From an uncultured Sphingobacteriaceae bacterium (lineage in GTDB: Bacteria > Bacteroidota > Bacteroidia > Sphingobacteriales > Sphingobacteriaceae), in assembly GCA_964401685.1 (NCBI GenBank), contig CAYNZH010000008.1:2217-66216 (forward strand): 64,000 bases of DNA. The letters run 5' to 3'. The notes beneath the pieces were generated by a model, which did not search any database, was not told where the DNA came from, and was given only the letters and a program-made list of their open reading frames with translations. This document shows, in pieces, positions 60,692 to 64,000 of this stretch. Within the stretch, counting starts at the first letter, position 1. The number at the start of each line of letters is the position of its first letter. A program made the position numbers and the translations under genes.

Positions 60692-62287
60692 ATGGATAAA
60701 AATCAGGAACAACAGATGGTCGACCACTTGAATCGCAAGGGGGTAGATACTTCAACTGTGTTTCAGCATCCAACAGGATTGTTTGTCTTGTTTTTTACAG
60801 AGATGTGGGAGCGATTCAGTTATTACGGCATGCGGGCGTTGCTTACCTTGTTTTTGGTAAGTAGTCTAGCTTCCGGAGGTTGGGAATGGACACGTGCGGA
60901 CGCAATGGAATTGTACGGCTGGTACACGGCACTTGTGTATCTGACTCCTTTGCTCGGCGGCTGGATCGCGGATCGTCTGACGGGTTACAGAAAGGCCGTG
61001 CTATGGGGGGCAATCATCATGACTCTGGGCCACGCGTCGATGGCCCTGGAAGTGTTCCAAGCCAATTTCTTTTTCATCGGACTGGGTATGATGATTTTGG
61101 GTAATGGCCTTTTTAAACCAAACATTTCGTCGATGGTCGGACAGCTTTATCCTGATAATAGCACGAAAAAAGACGCAGCCTATACTATTTTTTATATGGG
61201 TATCAATGCCGGAGCATTTCTGGGAATGCTACTCTGTGGCTACATAGGGGAGAAAGTTGGTTGGCATTATGGGTTTGGCCTTGCCGGGATTTTTATGCTT
61301 TTCGGCGCCTTGCAGTTTTACTTCGGACGCCGGATTTTTGGTATCATTGGGTCCACGCCCAAAGAGGTTGCTGCTGCAAAAGCCGCAAGCCTGTCCAAGG
61401 GTGAAGACGGTTATGTCGATGAAGTGATTCCTAAAAATGTCGAAAGAGATAGGCTGATCGTGATCGGTATTCTGATGGTGTTTACCATCTTCTTTTGGCT
61501 ATCATTTGAGCAGGCGGGGGGCTCGATGAGCATTTTTGCCCTCGATTATACCCAAAGGGTGCTCTCAGGAGGAGCTGCGACAACCTTTAAATGGGTCGAT
61601 GCGATATTGACTATATTTCCGTTGATCATCATCACTTACGTGCTTTCTTCGCTGGCAAAGAAAATCTATGGTAAATATCCTAAGACGATTATATTCACGG
61701 CGATCAGTTTCGTGATTATTTGGTTCCTAGGAATATGGAAAGTTTATCGCGAGTTTAATGTCACCGAAACCGAGGTGGCGGCATCCTGGTTTCAGATTAT
61801 GAACTCCTTCTTTATCATCACTTTTGCTGCTTCTTTCAGCCGAATGTGGGAGAAGGTGTGGAATCCATCCGGTCCGGTCAAATTTGCAATGGGCTTGGTG
61901 CTGGTCGGCGTGGGCTTCGCGGCACTGTCTTATGGTGCATCGTCCATTCCTCAGGGTGCGCAGACCGCTGCAGTAAGTATGGTTTGGCTGATTCTAGCCT
62001 ATTTCTTCCATACCATGGGCGAATTATGTCTGTCACCTGTGGGTCTTTCTTATGTGAGTAAACTGTCTCCCAAGAGATTGGTCGGTCTGATCTTTGGTTG
62101 CTGGTTTCTCTGCTCTGCCATTGCAAATCTTTTAGCTGGGACCATGGGAAGTCTGATTGACACTATTTCCAACACCTACTCGATTTCGTTCTTTTTCGGA
62201 ATATTTGCGGTCATCCCGGCGACTTTTGGGCTGATCTTGCTGTTGATTACCCCGTGGCTGAAGAAAATGATGCACGGGATTCACTAA
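60692..62287 (+). CDS. POT/PTR2 family di-/tripeptide:proton symporter (MFS)
   Basis: FFTEMWERFSYYGMRALL (ExxERFxYYG PTR2 signature), WIADRLTGYRK, multiple TMs, 531 aa. Confidence 0.9.
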   Translation: MDKNQEQQMVDHLNRKGVDTSTVFQHPTGLFVLFFTEMWERFSYYGMRALLTLFLVSSLASGGWEWTRADAMELYGWYTALVYLTPLLGGWIADRLTGYRKAVLWGAIIMTLGHASMALEVFQANFFFIGLGMMILGNGLFKPNISSMVGQLYPDNSTKKDAAYTIFYMGINAGAFLGMLLCGYIGEKVGWHYGFGLAGIFMLFGALQFYFGRRIFGIIGSTPKEVAAAKAASLSKGEDGYVDEVIPKNVERDRLIVIGILMVFTIFFWLSFEQAGGSMSIFALDYTQRVLSGGAATTFKWVDAILTIFPLIIITYVLSSLAKKIYGKYPKTIIFTAISFVIIWFLGIWKVYREFNVTETEVAASWFQIMNSFFIITFAASFSRMWEKVWNPSGPVKFAMGLVLVGVGFAALSYGASSIPQGAQTAAVSMVWLILAYFFHTMGELCLSPVGLSYVSKLSPKRLVGLIFGCWFLCSAIANLLAGTMGSLIDTISNTYSISFFFGIFAVIPATFGLILLLITPWLKKMMHGIH

Positions 62288-62294
62288 GAATGAA

Positions 62295-63023
62295 ATGATA
62301 GCAGAGAACTTGGTCATCATACCTACTTATAATGAAAAGGAAAACATAGAGGGGATTATACAGAAAGTCTTTTCGCTTGGAATTCCTTTTCATATATTGA
62401 TTGTTGATGACAGTTCACCGGACGGGACGGGCGAAATTGTGAGAAGTATGCAGATTTCCCATCCCGACCGGCTTTTTTTAGAGGTTCGCAAGGGTAAACT
62501 TGGCCTGGGAACTGCGTATATCCATGGTTTCAAGTGGGCTCTCGACCGTGGCTATCAGTATGTTTTTGAAATGGACGCCGATTTCAGCCACAATCCTGAG
62601 GACTTGCCCCGACTGAGGGAGGCCTGCGTCAATGGAGCAGATATGGCCATAGGATCACGCTATGTCAACGGAGTTAATGTGGTGAACTGGCCTATGGGAA
62701 GGGTGTTGCTGAGTTATTTTGCATCCATGTACGTACGCTTCATCATGGGGATTTCGATTCGGGATGCAACGGCTGGGTTTGTTTGCTTCCGGAGATCGGT
62801 TCTGCAGAAAATTCCCCTTGACAAGATCCGCTTCGTGGGGTATGCTTTTCAGATTGAGATGAAGTTTAAGGCGATCAAATACGGCTTTGATGTCCGGGAG
62901 GTCCCGATTATATTTACAGACCGTACCCATGGACAGTCCAAAATGAGCCCGCGAATATTTCGGGAAGCATTTTTGGGTGTAATCCAGTTAAAGATCGAGA
63001 GTTGGTTTAATAAGTACAGATAA
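62295..63023 (+). CDS. polyprenol monophosphomannose synthase (GT2, dolichyl-phosphate mannosyltransferase-like)
   Basis: VIIPTYNEKENI, IVDDSSPDGT, MDADFSHNPEDL, GSRY motifs. Length 242 aa. Confidence 0.85.
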   Translation: MIAENLVIIPTYNEKENIEGIIQKVFSLGIPFHILIVDDSSPDGTGEIVRSMQISHPDRLFLEVRKGKLGLGTAYIHGFKWALDRGYQYVFEMDADFSHNPEDLPRLREACVNGADMAIGSRYVNGVNVVNWPMGRVLLSYFASMYVRFIMGISIRDATAGFVCFRRSVLQKIPLDKIRFVGYAFQIEMKFKAIKYGFDVREVPIIFTDRTHGQSKMSPRIFREAFLGVIQLKIESWFNKYR

Positions 63024-63026
63024 GGT

Positions 63027-64000
63027 ATGAATGAATTTTTGGATCCCAATCCTGAGCATTTAAGCCCGGCGGAGAAGGAATTTGAGCGTGTACTGCGACC
63101 CCAGACTTTTGATGATTTTACGGGGCAAGAAAAGGTATTGTCCAATCTTCAGGTTTTCGTGCAGGCCGCCAAGCAGCGCAAGGAGGCACTGGATCACGTC
63201 CTTCTCCATGGGCCTCCGGGTCTGGGGAAAACGACGTTGTCGACGATAATTGCCAACGAGATGGGCGTTGGGATCAAAATCACCTCCGGGCCGGTTCTCG
63301 ACAAACCCGGCGATCTGGCGGGGCTTTTGACCAATCTCGATGAAGGCGACATACTTTTTATCGATGAGATCCATCGCCTGAGTCCGCTGGTCGAAGAATA
63401 CCTCTATTCTGCGATGGAGGATTTTCGTATAGATATTATGCTGGAGTCGGGGCCAAATGCGCGCTCTGTGCAGATTTCGCTCAGTCCGTTTACCTTGATC
63501 GGGGCGACGACACGCTCGGGTCTCCTGACGGCACCTCTGCGCGCCAGATTCGGTATCAACGCTCGACTACACTATTACGATGCTAAACTCCTCACTACAA
63601 TTGTACTGAGGTCAGCGAGCCTTCTGAAAACACCAATCAGTGACGAGGGCGCTTATGAAATTGCGCGCAGAAGTCGCGGAACTCCGCGTATTGCCAACGC
63701 TTTGCTGAGGCGGACTCGCGATTTTGCCCAGATAAAAGGAGATGGCACTATCGATCCTGCGATCGCCAAGTACGCGCTCAATGCACTCAATGTGGACGAG
63801 AACGGTTTGGACGAAATGGACAACCGTATCCTAAGTACGATTGTGGAAAAATTCCGAGGCGGCCCTGTGGGACTAAAAACCATAGCGACTGCCGTCGGCG
63901 AAGACGAAGGAACGATTGAGGAGGTATACGAGCCATTTTTGATTCAGGAAGGCTATATCATGCGAACTGCTCGAGGGCGGGAATGCACGGCGCTGGCCTA
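63027..64000 (+). CDS. ruvB: Holliday junction branch migration DNA helicase RuvB (3' end beyond the right edge)
   Basis: Own translation from ATG 63027: [37 protein letters not shown]...[14 protein letters not shown]...LFIDEIHRL...[12 protein letters not shown]. Open at the window end. Confidence 0.95.
   Translation, partial: MNEFLDPNPEHLSPAEKEFERVLRPQTFDDFTGQEKVLSNLQVFVQAAKQRKEALDHVLLHGPPGLGKTTLSTIIANEMGVGIKITSGPVLDKPGDLAGLLTNLDEGDILFIDEIHRLSPLVEEYLYSAMEDFRIDIMLESGPNARSVQISLSPFTLIGATTRSGLLTAPLRARFGINARLHYYDAKLLTTIVLRSASLLKTPISDEGAYEIARRSRGTPRIANALLRRTRDFAQIKGDGTIDPAIAKYALNALNVDENGLDEMDNRILSTIVEKFRGGPVGLKTIATAVGEDEGTIEEVYEPFLIQEGYIMRTARGRECTALA

Noticed and set aside
1-64000. Search for CRISPR arrays, tandem or interspersed repeats, transposases or integrases, reverse transcriptases, restriction-modification or toxin-antitoxin pairs, prophage genes and biosynthetic clusters.
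   Set aside because: Nothing of this kind is visible. Every ORF over 100 aa outside shadow frames has a housekeeping or envelope-type assignment or is a single hypothetical gene inside a housekeeping operon. Intergenic gaps are short (mostly under 100 nt) and are explained by promoters and terminators. I therefore treat the window as core genome and not as an accessory island.

Overview
The window reads as a gene-dense core-chromosome segment of a Bacteroidota bacterium: about 64 protein genes and one tRNA, on both strands. The taxon call rests on three things. 25 correctly oriented TAnnTTTG '-7' promoter boxes sit directly in front of transcription units. Shine-Dalgarno sequences are almost absent. 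There is a CarboxypepD_reg-type TonB-dependent receptor and a nusB-DUF1573-yajC-ybbR-coaE cluster.

Content, left to right:
- An iron/xenosiderophore uptake operon: TonB-dependent receptor, DUF4374-like lipoprotein, esterase, periplasmic binding protein.
- parC, valS, fba, an ABC exporter, the nusB cluster, and an orphan ligase-associated-type exonuclease.
- A glycosyltransferase, DedA, an aldo/keto reductase, scpB and hsp20.
- Ribosomal protein genes rpsF-rpsR-rplI and rplU-rpmA.
- A PASTA-mltG-thioesterase-YihY operon divergent from ddl, then a second YihY coupled to an acyl-CoA ligase.
- An M61 peptidase, gpx, tdk, queE, comEC-recQ and tRNA-Arg(CCG).
- ychF, engB, topA, cmk, a thiolase, a POT transporter, a polyprenol-P-mannose synthase and the start of ruvB.

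I found no CRISPR array, transposase or integrase, prophage, restriction or defence cassette, or biosynthetic cluster. I therefore do not claim a large novel system here.

The best leads are modest:
1. A 59-aa hyperacidic ORF that falls under the ORF-track cutoff and ends in an SSB-tail-like Asp/Phe C-terminus.
2. A Xus-like siderophore operon that carries its own esterase.
3. Two YihY/BrkB paralogs, each translationally coupled to an acyl-CoA enzyme gene.
4. A stand-alone triple-PASTA protein coupled to MltG.
5. A structured 116-nt leader or small-RNA candidate next to the tRNA.
6. Atypical expression signals on hsp20.
7. Several apparently leaderless genes.

The promoter boxes also show that five longest-ORF starts are artefacts, because each begins at the TTG inside the box. 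All family assignments come from reading motifs in the translations. No database search was run.
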